Origin: Mobula hypostoma
Taxonomy: Eukaryota
Assembly: GCF_963921235.1 (NCBI RefSeq)
Contig: NC_086097.1
Location: 206,400,001-206,464,000, forward strand
DNA: 64,000 bases
Reading direction: 5' to 3'
In this document: positions 26,590 through 37,992 of the stretch, piece by piece
Layout: every line of letters begins with the position of its first letter
How positions within the stretch are numbered: the first letter of the stretch is position 1
Position numbers and translations under genes: made by a program
The notes under the pieces: model-generated
What the model saw: the letters and a program-made list of their open reading frames with translations, nothing else
Told to the model about the DNA's origin: nothing
The model's database searches: none

Positions 26590-27110
26590 TCAAAGTTCAA
26601 AGTAAATTTATTATCAACCCTGAGATTAATTTTTTTATGGCTATACTCAATAAATCCAATAACCATAATAGAATCAATGAAAGATCACACCAACAGGGTG
26701 GACAACCTGTGTACAAAAGACAAAAAACTGTGCAGATACAAAAATAAAGAAAAAAGGAAATTATAATAATAATGATAATAATAAATAAATAAGCGATAAA
26801 TATTAAGAGTGAGAAATGAGGAGTTCTTGCAAATGAGTCCATAGGTTATGGGAACAGATCAGTGATGGGCAAGGGAAGTTGAGTGAAGTTATCCCCTCTG
26901 GTTCAAGAGCCTAATGGTTGAGGAGTAAAAACTTTTCCTGAACCTAGTGGTTTTAGTCCTGAGGCCCCTGTACCTTCTTCATGATGGCAACAGTGAAACG
27001 AGAGAATGACCTGAGTGGTTGAGATCTTTGATGATAGACGTTGTCTTCCTGCGACAACGGTCCGTGTAGATGTGCTCAATGGTGGGGAGGGCTTTACTTG
27101 TGATGGACCC
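26590..27110 (-). mobile_element. Rex1/Babar-like LINE 3' fragment
   Basis: Reverse complement of the family at 30565-31260, 43715-44220 and 54995-55600 (3' end aataaatttactttgaactttga). Confidence 0.8.
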
Positions 27111-27351
27111 TCACCACTCAGTGCTCTCTTCTCAATGCTGCCATCAGGAAGAATTTAAGTTGCTGGTTATTTTGCTGGACACAAACAATCCAACAGCTCA
27201 AATTAATCATGCCAGTTCAATATGTATAAATGAAGAAACTGATATGAGAATTGCTATAACATTTGGAGTTCATTGCCTACTTCAACCATTTTCTCAGCGT
27301 ACATGATTCATTGTTTGAATGTAACCCACTGTTTAAGATGAATTGTCTCAC

Positions 27352-27554
27352 CTTAGCCGACAAATCCTGAGGCTTTGTGGAGAGGTTCTGCGGCATTTCT
27401 CTACAGCGAGTGGATAGGTTGAGGATAGCTGCAGCTGCTATATGAGTGGCTTCAGTATCGTGAGTATAAGTGTAGATACTGGAATGGCATGGACTTTGAA
27501 CAGAGGCTCTAGGCAGTCGGCTGGAAGGAGTCACTGGACTTGTAAACTGTTTAG
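27352..27554 (-). CDS. ST18: ST18 coding exon G (203 nt), MYT1 domain
   Basis: SKQFTSPV...[32 protein letters not shown]; actgccag|CT and TAAG|gtgaga. Confidence 0.95.
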
Positions 27555-27924
27555 CTGGCAGTAGATACAGGTGAAATTTATGTTAACATTTATGCAGTAA
27601 CTTGACTGCATTATACAATTCAATCTATTATTCAACTTTTAAACTATTTTCTTGTTCGATTGAATTAACAGGTATAAAGATAAAAGTAAAACTGGAATAG
27701 TTAAAATAGACAGGGAAAGATGGGAAGAAACAGAAGAGAATATGATTAGCAGTGTCTATACTTTAAACTTCAGTTTAAAATAATGCAGATTTATTTACTG
27801 TATTTGTGAAAAAAAGTCTTGGGATTATGACTTAATCCCATTCAATGGGTAAAATACACCTTAGTCTTCAGCAGAATGGCCATTTTCTCCCTGACAATGA
27901 GAAGCCAATGAATCTATTAGCCCA

Positions 27925-28200
27925 TAAATACAAAAAATTTTGCAGATGCTAGAAATCCAGAGCAACACACAAAACGTTGAGAGAATTCAGCAGGTCAGGT
28001 AGCATCTACGGAGAGAAATAAACAGTCGATATTTCAGGCTGAGACTCTTCATCAGGACCAGAAAGGAAGGGAGATGATGAATAATAAGGTAAGAGAGGGG
28101 AAGGAGTATAAGCTAGAAGGTTGTAGTAGAAGCAAGGTGAGGGGGAAATGGCGGGGGGGGGGTGTTGTGGATAAAGTGAGAAGCTGGGAGGTGATACGTA
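27925..28200 (-). mobile_element. Penelope-like terminal-repeat fragment containing a hammerhead-like motif
   Basis: Homologous to the repeat that follows the GIY-YIG remnant at 39960-40600. Confidence 0.75.
28021..28060 (-). ncRNA. Decayed minimal type I hammerhead ribozyme motif
   Basis: Minus strand reads TGGTC-CTGATGA-AGAGTCTCAGCCT-GAAA-TATC-GACTG: both core boxes and a stem I are present, stem II is mismatched. Confidence 0.6.
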
Positions 28201-28457
28201 GATTCCATTTCCTAGTGTTCACTTGGTTGGTGGGTGGGTGAGAGGGGACTTTGTTGGAAAATCAACTCTTACAAGGAATTGAGGAATCTCCCAGAAAGCT
28301 AACATGAGACTGCAATGGATTTCCTGGAATTTCAATGCATATCCTGACAGAGTAATTCTGAGAGACAAGGGAAAATAAACCGCTCTATTATCCATTAATG
28401 CTTTCTAACATTCCATTATTATTCTTTACTGGCTTCATCTTGTTCTTCAATACTTAC

Positions 28458-28666
28458 ATTCACAAAATTGAACAGCTTCCCATTCTTGCACTTTTGATGT
28501 TACAGTGTGTTTTCCAAATACTTGTGCATCGAAGCTGGCATAATCAAATGGAGCCTTGGTGTATTTGTCCAGCTCTTTAGATATGTTGGTATGGCATGTG
28601 CTGATTGGCTGAGATGACGCATAGCTCAATTGTGTAATCTCCATTTGTTTCACCAGACACATAGGC
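28458..28666 (-). CDS. ST18: ST18 coding exon F (209 nt), MYT1 domain region
   Basis: RPMCLVKQME...KAPFDYASFDAQVFGK; ttgcatag|G and GAAT|gtaagt. Confidence 0.95.
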
Positions 28667-29144
28667 CTATGCAAAGGACAGAAACACCATAAACTAAATT
28701 TATTTGTTTATTTCCTCTCCTGCCAATGTAAGCTGCAGATTTTTCTTTGAGGCACTCCAGCTTCTCAGCTGTTGTCACTGTGTCACTTCTTAACTGTCCC
28801 ACAAGGTGGCACACTGGAGCAACAAAAACTGGTTATATCTTGCCTGTGAAAAGCCAACGTTTGAAAACTATGCAAAACAGGAATTTTATTCCAACCTAGT
28901 ACGAAATTTTGGGAAGTACATGTGTAACCTATCAGTCCACATTGGCTGGCAGCCAAACATGACAGAGGAGAATATGGTAACAGAAGTGCCCTTGCCAGTA
29001 ACAGCTTTTTAAAGGGTAACCGATCAACATGAATAGTCAGAATATGCAAAGGATGAACTGTCACCTTGCAGAATACAATAGGCTGAGGCTGGGAAAAAAC
29101 TAAAAGCAGCATTGATGCCTTAATCAATTGATGATGGAGTCTGG

Positions 29145-29450
29145 GAAAAAAGGGCAACACCTCAGAATACAAGAATGTCCCTTTAGAACAGAGATGAGAA
29201 AGACTTTCTTTAGCCAGAGGGTGGTGAATTTGCAGAATTCATTGCCACAGATGGCTGTGGAGGCCAAATCATTGGGTATATTTAAAGCAGAGGCTGAGAG
29301 GTTTTTGGTTACTAGGGGCGTCAAAGGTTATAGGGAGAAGTCAGGAGAAGGGAGCTGAGAGAGATAATCTATCATGGAATAGTGGAGCAGACTCGATGGG
29401 CTGAATGGCTTAATTATGCCCCTATGTCTTTTATGGTCTGATGGTCTTAG
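29145..29450 (+). mobile_element. CR1 LINE 3' fragment
   Basis: LRIQECPFRTEMRKTFFSQRVVNL, similar to the CR1-B terminus; atggtct tail. Confidence 0.88.
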
Positions 29451-30278
29451 AATTGATTGCCTATTTTGAGACTAATAGGAAATCTAAGACAGCACACAGT
29501 GTCACTGTCTCAACTGCAACTGGATTCCTACCTAAAAAAGAGCAGAATTTCTGTGGTTTGCAGTGCTGCTGACTCATTTCCTTCTCTCTTTCTGAAATTG
29601 TTAGCACCACAATTATCCTCTGCTTTGCATCTATTTCCTGATGCTCAGCCCAGAGAAAGAAATAAGTAAAGTTTCATTTTTGGCCCTTGTCTCCCTTACA
29701 CTTCATGTGCTTTTCTGGGGCTTCACTGAGGTGGGCTGGGTTGTTCAGGTCATGAGACAGAGTTGGTGGTAGGACCACTCCCCCTTTGGCTCCTCGAGCA
29801 CCAATCTGACAGAATCCAAATTGCAAATGTGTCCATTGTAAGTGGATGTTCCAGAATGGAATTAGCCACTTCATATAATAGAATCTAAGAAGATGTTTGA
29901 TGCACAAGTTGTAAAATTGACCCAAAATATATGCAAATAAACTTCCCGGTTATATCAATAAATCATCTCACTTTCTTTGACAAATTCACACTATCTGACT
30001 CAAGTTCTATTTTTTGAATTATATGACAGTTTTTTAACTGTTCTAAATAATAAAGCTTCCTTAGTAAGTATCCAAAAAATATGAAACATTATATATTAAA
30101 TGGTTCTGTGTCTTTTTTAATATCAATGTTTTCATAATCAAGAAAAGAAAATTGAGATTTTCTTTTATGAAATGTTATCCAGGCAGTGCAGTTGAAATTA
30201 TGCACCATGTTTTTACGATTGACTGGATCATATCAGCAGTATTGATTACTCCAAGGAAATGGAAAAAAATATGACTAC

Positions 30279-30380
30279 CTGAACATTTGGTCTGAGATTT
30301 GTCCAATCCTTGTAAGATCATTCTGTTTGTCCTGTGATTTGGCCAGTTTCTCTGCTGCAGCAATAGGGCAACCTGAGAGA
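30279..30380 (-). CDS. ST18: ST18 coding exon E (102 nt, phase 2/2), end of finger 2
   Basis: Manual translation [35 protein letters not shown]; tttcgtag|T and TCAG|gtagtc. Confidence 0.94.
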
Positions 30381-30564
30381 CTACGAAACAAATGAAATAT
30401 TTAAGTGTAAATTATTTAAGGAGTCACAATGATCAACAAGATGAATGCAATGTATAAGAAGCAAAGAATCATAGAACATTACAGAACAGAAACTGGCCCT
30501 TTGTCCCATCTAGTCTGTGCTGAACGATTTATCCATCTCGTCATATTGACCTGCATGACAGCAT

Positions 30565-31260
30565 GTCTACATACTTAGAAGTTTAAGAAGATTCAGCATT
30601 ACCTCTAAAATTTTGACAAACTTCTATATCTGTATGGAGGACAGTATATTGACAGTTGCATCACGGAACGGGATGTTGCATGACTTCGTATGGAAACATC
30701 AATGCGCTTGAATAGAAAGCCCTATAAAAAGTAATGGAGCAGACCAGTCCACCATGGGTCAAGCCTTTTCCACCCCTGAGCACATCTACACGGTGCGCTG
30801 TCGCAGGAAGAAGAACTCAACATCACAAACTCCCACCACCCAGGGCTTGCTCTCTTCTCACTGCTGCCATCAGGAGCCACAGTGCCCTCATCATGAGGTT
30901 TAGGAACAGTTAGTACCCCTCAACCATCAGGCTCTTGAACCACTGGGGATAACTTCACTCAACATCACTCGTCCCATCACTAAGCTGTTACCACAATCTA
31001 TAGACTCACTTTCAAGGACTCTTCAACTCATGTTCTTGATATTTATTGATTATTTATTTATTATTATTATTTCTTCTTTTCCTATTTGTACATTTTGTTG
31101 TCTTTTGCACATTGGCTGTTTGTTCATCATGCTGGGTGCGGTCTTTCATTGATTCTATGATGTTTCTTTGATATATTGAGCATGCCCACAAGAAAATGAA
31201 TCTCAACATTGTATATTGTGACATATCTGTACATTGACAATTGATTTACTTTGAACTTTG
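30565..31260 (+). mobile_element. Rex1/Babar-like LINE 3' fragment
   Basis: ctcttctcactgctgccatcagg...aggaacagtt block and the family 3' end tttactttgaactttg. Confidence 0.8.
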
Positions 31261-32000
31261 AATAAACAGCTGTCGTTTTGGGCCAAGACCCTTTATCAGG
31301 ACTGGAAAAGAAGGAGGAAGATTCCAGAATACAAAGCTGGGGGCTGTGGAAGGAGGATTAGCTGGAAGATTAAACAGTTGATGTTTCAGGCCAAGATTCT
31401 TCCAGGGTTTTGGCCCGAAACATCGACTCTTTACTCTTTTCCATAGATGCTGCCTGGCCTGCTGAGTTCCTCCAGCATTTTGTGTGTTGCTTTGGATTTC
31501 CAGCATCTGCAGATTTTCTCATACTTGTGTTATCTAGCTACAAGATGACTGGTGAACCCAGGTGGGTGGAAAAGTTATAGGGCCGAGTGGGGAATAGAAG
31601 AAGAGAGAAGGGGAGGGAAATTTTTACTAGAAGAAGAAATTGATGTTCATCTCATCATGCTGGAGGCTACCTAGATGGAATATGATGTGTCGCTCCTTTG
31701 CCCTGAGAGTGTTCTCATCTTAGCAAAAGAGGAGGCCATGGATTAGCATGTTGAAAGGAAATGGGGATAGAATCGAAATGGTTGGCCACCAGGAAATTCT
31801 GCAGTTAGCTGATGGAGTGGAGGTGCTCAACAAAGGTGCCCCCCACCAATTAATGATTTTGCCAATGTAGAGGACCCCAACATAATTGCAGGTGAAGTAT
31901 TGCCTCCTCTGAAAAGACTGTTTGGGAACCTGAATGAAAGTAAGGGAGGAGGTAACTGGGCAGGTGTAGCATTTCAGCTGCTTGCAGGGAAATGTGCCAA
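31261..32000 (-). mobile_element. Penelope-like fragment (GIY-YIG C-terminal remnant plus direct and inverted terminal repeats)
   Basis: Reverse complement of the 39960-40600 block (ggaggctacc..gatggaatatga); inverted repeat arm at ~31400-31530. Confidence 0.75.
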
Positions 32001-32004
32001 GTGA

Positions 32005-32399
32005 TAAACCTTCTTTAACAGCTTCCTGTGCTAGATCTGGTCAAAGGATTTGCTAAAGTCCATGTAGACAACATCCACTGCCTTGCCTTCATCCACTTTC
32101 CTGGTAATTTTCTTGAATTTTTTTTTAGATTGTTTAGACATAACCTACCACACACAAAGCCATGTTGACTACCCTAATTATTCCCTGTCTATCGAAATAC
32201 TTATACATCCGGTCCTTTAGAATAACTTCAAATAATTTACCACTACTTATTTCAGGCTCACAAACCTATAATTTCCTGATGCATTCTTAGAGCCTTTCTT
32301 AGACAAAGGAACAACATTATCTATCCTTCAATCCTGTGGCACCTCACCAGTGGCTAAGAACATTTTAAATGTCTCTGCTAGGGCCCCTGTACTTTCTGC
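32005..32399 (-). mobile_element. CR1 ORF2 fragment, left flank of the Gypsy insertion
   Basis: Continues at 38717 after the TSD: gcccctgtactttctgc|acttgcctccc. Confidence 0.8.
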
Positions 32400-33007
32400 T
32401 GTAACTGGGTCTTGGTTACACTGGCTGCTGAGGTGTCTAAAATGGCTTCTTTGTATGTTATATAAAATGGCTTTTCTGTAATATTAACTGCGATGTAAGG
32501 AGTTATCTCTCTCCCTGCTTGTTTGGGTTAAATTATTGATAAGGGAGGGAACGAAACAATGAGTGTCTATGCTATTCTTTTTGTGGGTGATATTCTGTCT
32601 CACATTGCTGGGGGACAGTGTGGTTTGGTGGGCTTTTCGGGGGAGAACCGAAGAGGGAGGATGTGCTGGACGCGCTCTGGTCGACCACCGTGGTTGGTCC
32701 CAGGCGGCGGGTTGAGGAGGTCGGAGGAGATCGACTGGTGGACAGAAGAACCCATTAACTGAGCTCCAATGGTTGTGCACGAAGTGGTTGATAAGTTTGG
32801 CGCCTTTTACTTTCCTTTTATATTGTATCTCTATTAATTACATAGCTCCAGTAAGATCTATAAAGTGTAATCTGTAAATTGTACATTGTGTGCTGTCTGA
32901 TATTTGATGTGTGAGTTTGAACCAGTGTGCATTACACAGCAACTACACAAACGTGCGACATGGGGTTTCCTCTAGATAAACACGAGCTGATAGCTCTGAG
33001 CCTTACA
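32400..33007 (+). repeat. 5' LTR (608 bp)
   Basis: tgtaactgggtcttggttacac...ctgagccttaca, repeated at 37993-38712. Confidence 0.95.
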
Positions 33008-33011
33008 TTCA

Positions 33012-33030
33012 TTGGGGCCATTGTCTGGAT
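33012..33030 (+). promoter_or_regulatory. Probable degenerate primer-binding site (tRNA-Pro-like)
   Basis: tggggccattgtctggatt just after the 5' LTR resembles the tRNA-Pro PBS TGGGGGCTCGTCCGGGAT. Confidence 0.55.
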
Positions 33031-33078
33031 TTGGATTCTGTGGAAGCTGTGTAATCACCACGTTAAGTTAGTGCGGAG

Positions 33079-33530
33079 ATGGACCTGGATAAGACTGCAA
33101 GCTGGTGTGAGTCTGAGGAAGTACCGGTTAAACATGCGTGCGTGTTAAGTGGGGTGGATTTCCACACTTCGGAAGAAGTGCTCATGCGAGGGCTGAGTCT
33201 GATTAAAGCTATCGGCAAGGTAGAACTGATAGCTAGAAGGTGCGGTAAAGTAGTGGAATCCAGCTTGGCGTTGGTTCATACGAGTGCTGACGTCATGACC
33301 TTGGAACTGCCAGCAACGGTCAGTGTCCCGGGAGGCGGGTAGCATGTGCTATAACTGTGGGAAAGAGGAGCATTTCCAGTGGAATGTGTGTGGCAGGAGG
33401 TGTGCTACAGCTGTGGGGAAGAGGGACACTTCCGGAGGGATCGTGAGAGACAAGACGCCCCGCGGAGGGCAAGCCCCCAGGTGATTAAGAAGGGAGAGGT
33501 GTCGAGAAACTTAGGAGAGATTCAGTGAGG
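33079..33530 (+). pseudogene. Gypsy gag remnant: PNMA-like N-terminus joined to two zinc-knuckle remnants
   Basis: MDLDKTASWC...HACVLSGV...PGGG, then CYNCGKEEH and CYSCGEEGH with no room for a capsid domain between. Confidence 0.75.
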
Positions 33531-33599
33531 GAACGGACTGGAGTCCCTGGAGGAATATGTTCCCCGAAATCTACCATGGGACCTCCACAAGCCCAAGCC

Positions 33600-36500
33600 C
33601 TTATTCCGGATGGATTAGTGGGACCCCGCTCTGGCAAGTCCCTACGGATAGAGGGAATCTTTGCAAGGGCCATCCTCGACACCCAGTGGCAGGTCACCTT
33701 ATTGTACCGGTCATTCTTCAACAAATGTCCAAAGCATTTGCCTGTAACCCTGTTTAATGCCCTGGAGATTTGGGGTATAAGTGATTACCCATACGATAGG
33801 TACCTGTGAGTGAGATTAGAATTCTCGGAGGGCGATGTGGGAATGTCGGAAGCCCTTGAGACATTGGTGTTTTTTTGTCTGGACCCGGTGGAAACAGGTG
33901 GCACTGCCCTTCTGGTGGGGACTAACACCCCTCTTGTGCGACGGCTCCTGGGAGCCTGTAAGGAGAAGGCGGGGGAGAACTTTCTGGAGACCCTCTTGGT
34001 ACACCCAGTGTTTCGAGCGGCGTTTGAAGAAGCGGGTGGCCACAGGGGGCTGGATCCTGAGTTCGGACGAGGGACAGTGTGGTGTACTCAGGCGAATCCT
34101 AAAGTCAGGGGAGGTGGCACTAGTGTTGGGAACCCCCAGATTTCCTGGAGTACCGGCGGGCAAGGCCCTGCTAGTAGGTGCCCCGGAAGACTTTGAAGGG
34201 GAGTCCCAGTTCCCGGCTGGGGTGCTGGTGAGACCTGAATTACAGAGGCCCTCAGTTCTACATGCACACCGGATTGGAGTGATTGTAAGGAACACCACGG
34301 AGAGGGAGATCACCTTTAAGCACGGGAAGCCCCTCACGCACTTGTTCCTGGTGACGGTGATGTCTAGCGCCCCCTTGAGGCCCACTGGAGGAAAGGGGGC
34401 GGCTGACCGAGGATGTCTACAATTTTGAGGACTCCCCTGTGCCGCCAGAGTGTAAGAGAAGGCTGGCGGAGAAGATGTTAAAGCTAGGGGATGTCTTTTC
34501 TCAAGGCGAGTTTGATGTGGGTTGTTCCAAGAGCACTCGTTTACTATCCGGGTGACTAATGACACCCTGTCTAGAGAAAGGTTGCGGCGGCTGGCCCCAG
34601 CAGATGTGGAAGATGTGTGGCAGCACTTGTGCCAGTTGAAGGATGTGGGAATTATAAGAGTCCTGGAGCCCCTATGCGTCCCCCATAGCAGTGGCTAGGA
34701 AGAAAAATTGGAAGGTACGCATGTGCGTGGACTACAGGACCCTGAACTGGCGCACTGTCCCTGACCAGTATACGGTCCCGAGGGTTGAAGACGCATTGGC
34801 CTGTTTGAGTGGGGCGCAGTGGTTTAGTGTCTTGGATTTGCAGAGTGGGTATTACCAGATTCCGATGAGTGAGGCCGATAAAGCGAAGACGGCCTTCATC
34901 AGTCCCCTGGGATTCTTTCAGTTCGAACGAATGCCCCAAGGCATATCGGGGCCCCAGCCACCTTTCAGAGGGTCATGGAGAGGACAGTGGGGGATATGAA
35001 CATGCTCGAGGTGTTGGTGTATCTGGATGACCTGATAGTGTTTGGATCTACGTTAGAGGAACATGAGGAACGGCTGCTGAAGGTGTTAAGCCGGCTGAAG
35101 GAGGAAGGGTTGAAACTTTCCCTGGACAAATGCTAGTTCTGCAAGATGTCTGTTGGCTATGTCGGATAGATAATCTCACGAGATGGAGTGGCTACTGATC
35201 CGGCTAAGATAGACGCAGTGACCACCTGGCTGAGACCCCAGACTGTGAGTGCCTTGTGCTCGTTTTTGGGGTTCTGTGGGTATTACCGGCGATTTGTGAA
35301 AGGATAGGCTAAAATGAGTCACCCCTTGAACCAGCTTTTGTGCAGCTATCCCCCCGTGGGGAAGAGAAGGAAGGGAGACCGAGGGAAGGAAGCAGGAGGA
35401 TATCTGAACCCGTCGGAGCCCTTTGGACCGAGGTGGGATGCTCAATGTGAGGAGGCGTTCCAATCGCTGAAAAAGGCACTGACACAGGCCCCGGTGTTGG
35501 CTTTTGTCAATCCCTGGAAGTCGTATGTGCTACACACTGATGCCAGCCGAGAGGGGCTGGGGGCTGTCCTGTACCAGGAGCAGGGCAAGGGATTGAGACC
35601 AGTGGTGTTTGTCAGCCGAAGATTCTCGCCTTCTGAGAGAAACTATTCCACTCACAATTTGGAATTCCTGGTGCTGAAATGGGCGGTGGTGGACAAGTTG
35701 AGTGACTATCTATATGGGGCCAAGTTTGAGGTGAGGACGGACAACAATCCTCTCACTTACATTCTGACCTCAGCGAAACTGGACGTCACAGGGCATCAGT
35801 GGTTGGCGGCCTTGTCTGTCTATGAGTTCAGCCTGAAGTACCGGCCGGGGAGCCGGAACATCGATGCAGATGCTTTATCTCATCGGGCACATGAGGGATC
35901 GGGCACAGATGAGGAGTAGGAGAGCGTCCCTGCCCCGGGAGTGAAGGCCATGTGTCAATTTGCGAGCGACGCTAAAGCCGGGGACCCGATGGGGCCGGAT
36001 CGGGCAGTGGATCAAATGGGGGTTGATGATGACGCGCTACCTTCTGTTTACTGTAATTTGACTGCTCTGAAGAACCAGCAGTTGCCGGAGTTGAGCCCCC
36101 AGGAAGTGGGGGTGGCTCAGCAAGATGACCCGGGCATTGGCACTATCTGGTATGCGGCTGAAGAGGGGGATATGGCTCAGGTGGAGAAGACGAAACATGC
36201 CTCAGTGCCCTTACTACTGAAGGAATGAACTCGGTTGAAGCTGAAGAACCAAATCTTGTACTGGGTCACGTCGCCCCCGGACCACCCCCGGCGCTGACAG
36301 CTGGTCATGCCTGAGAAGTATCGGAAGACTGTGCTCAAGTCACTACATGATGATTCCAGGCATTTGGGGGTGGAAAATACCTATGGATTACTCAAGGACC
36401 AGTTTTACTGGCCGCGGATGAGGGGGGAGGTTGAAGAATACCGTAAGAAATGCAGTCGCTGCATCCGGAGGAAAACGCTGCCTGCGCAGGCGGCCCCGTT

Positions 36501-37400
36501 ATCCCACTTGCAGAGTGCGGGACCCATGGACCTGGTGTGTATGGATTTCCTGTCTATTGAGCCAGACACCAGCAACACCGCCAATGTCTTAGTCATCACG
36601 GATCACTACACTAGGTGTTCTCAGGCGTTTTCCACTAAGGATCAGAAAGCAACTACAGTGGCGAAGGTGTTATGGGAGAGGTATTTTGTTCATTATGGCC
36701 TCCTCCGGCGGATCCATAGTGATCAGGGACGGGACTTCGAGAGCAGGCTTATCCATGAATTACTGGATATGCTTGGGGTCGAGAAATCCAGGACCACGCC
36801 CTACCATCCGCAGGGTGATCCTCAGTCCGAGAGGTTTAACCGGACCCTATAGGACATGCTCAGGACTCTGGAGATCAGTCAGAAGTGTAAGTGGAGTCAG
36901 CACATCGGGCATTTGGTTCACTGTTACAATTCTACCCGCAATGACGCTACAGGGTACTTGCCTTATTATCTGATGTTCGGGGGGGGGTGGGGAAGCGAGG
37001 TTGCCCATTGATCTTTGTTTTGGGACTGAAGCAGGTGAATTATCTTCGAAGCCATATCTGAAGTATGTGTCCGATATGAGGAGGGAGTTGAAAAGGGTGT
37101 ACGAGTTGGCTGAGGCAGTGGCCACCAAGCAGAATCAAGGGAGTAAGAGGAGGTATGATCAGAAAGTGAAGTTCGCCCAAATTATGCTGGGAGACCAGGT
37201 CCTCATACGGAATTTAGGACTACCTGGTAAGCACAAGTTGGCGGATCGCTGGGCGGCCACCCCCTATGTGTTAGAGAGCCAGATGCCGAATCTGCCTGTT
37301 TACCGGGTGAGACCAGAGGATGGGAATGGCTTGTCAAGGTTCTTCACCGCAACCATCTGTTGCCCCTGGGACAGGAGGTGCAGGTGGACCCAGTGCCCGA
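33600..37400 (+). pseudogene. Gypsy pol remnant (protease, RT, RNase H, integrase) with many stops and frameshifts
   Basis: AILDT at ~33675; RMCVDYRTLN, LDLQSGYYQI, FERMPQG, YLDD at 35020; LHTDAS...RNYS...TDNNPL; H-H-C-C zinc motif; VCMDF, IHSDQGRDFES, ERFNRTL. Confidence 0.95.
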
Positions 37401-37992
37401 TGTGGAGCCTGTGCCTAGTACGAGGATTCTACGGAGCTGCATGGTGATGGAGGAACCCACTTTGGGGAAGGCTGAACCGTGCCCGGTCCCGAAGAAGGAC
37501 ACTGATTTGGAAGATGATGATTCGGATTTGTGGTACCTGCTTCCGTTCGTTAATTCTCCGGTACCAGAAGAAGAGGCTCCTGACCCTTCCCCCGCTGAGT
37601 TAGGTGAGAGGAGGGAGAGTGTTGGGGGGCAGCCTGGGATACAGCTGTCCTTGGAAGGAGAGAGGGTGGAACCAGAACCTGAGACAGAGGGCTCCGAGTT
37701 GCTGAGGGGTCCCATTGAGGGAGCAAGCGAGGGTTCGACAGGTAGACCCGGGGTGTCTCCAGTGGTGTCTGAGCCGGAAGGGTCACCAGAAGAGGTGTGG
37801 AGGTCTCAGAGAAGCAGGGACTCCCTGGAGAGGTTGACCTATACAGCGCCGGGAGAACAGGGTGTGATCTCTACCACCCTGGGAAGTTATGTCACTGCTT
37901 TATGCACCTGGGTTGGGTTTTGTGTTTTGCAAGGAGTATTGGTGAACTCCCTTAATGTCATGAGGACATGAATTTATTTGGTGGAGCGAGAG

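Noticed and set aside
33816..34565. 249-aa antisense ORF inside the Gypsy element
   Set aside because: It is a shadow frame of GC-rich pol sequence with no recognisable domain.
37360..37971. 203-aa ORF after integrase as a possible env gene
   Set aside because: It is Glu/Pro-rich low-complexity sequence that looks like the frameshifted pol C-terminal tail; no signal peptide or furin/fusion motif is evident.
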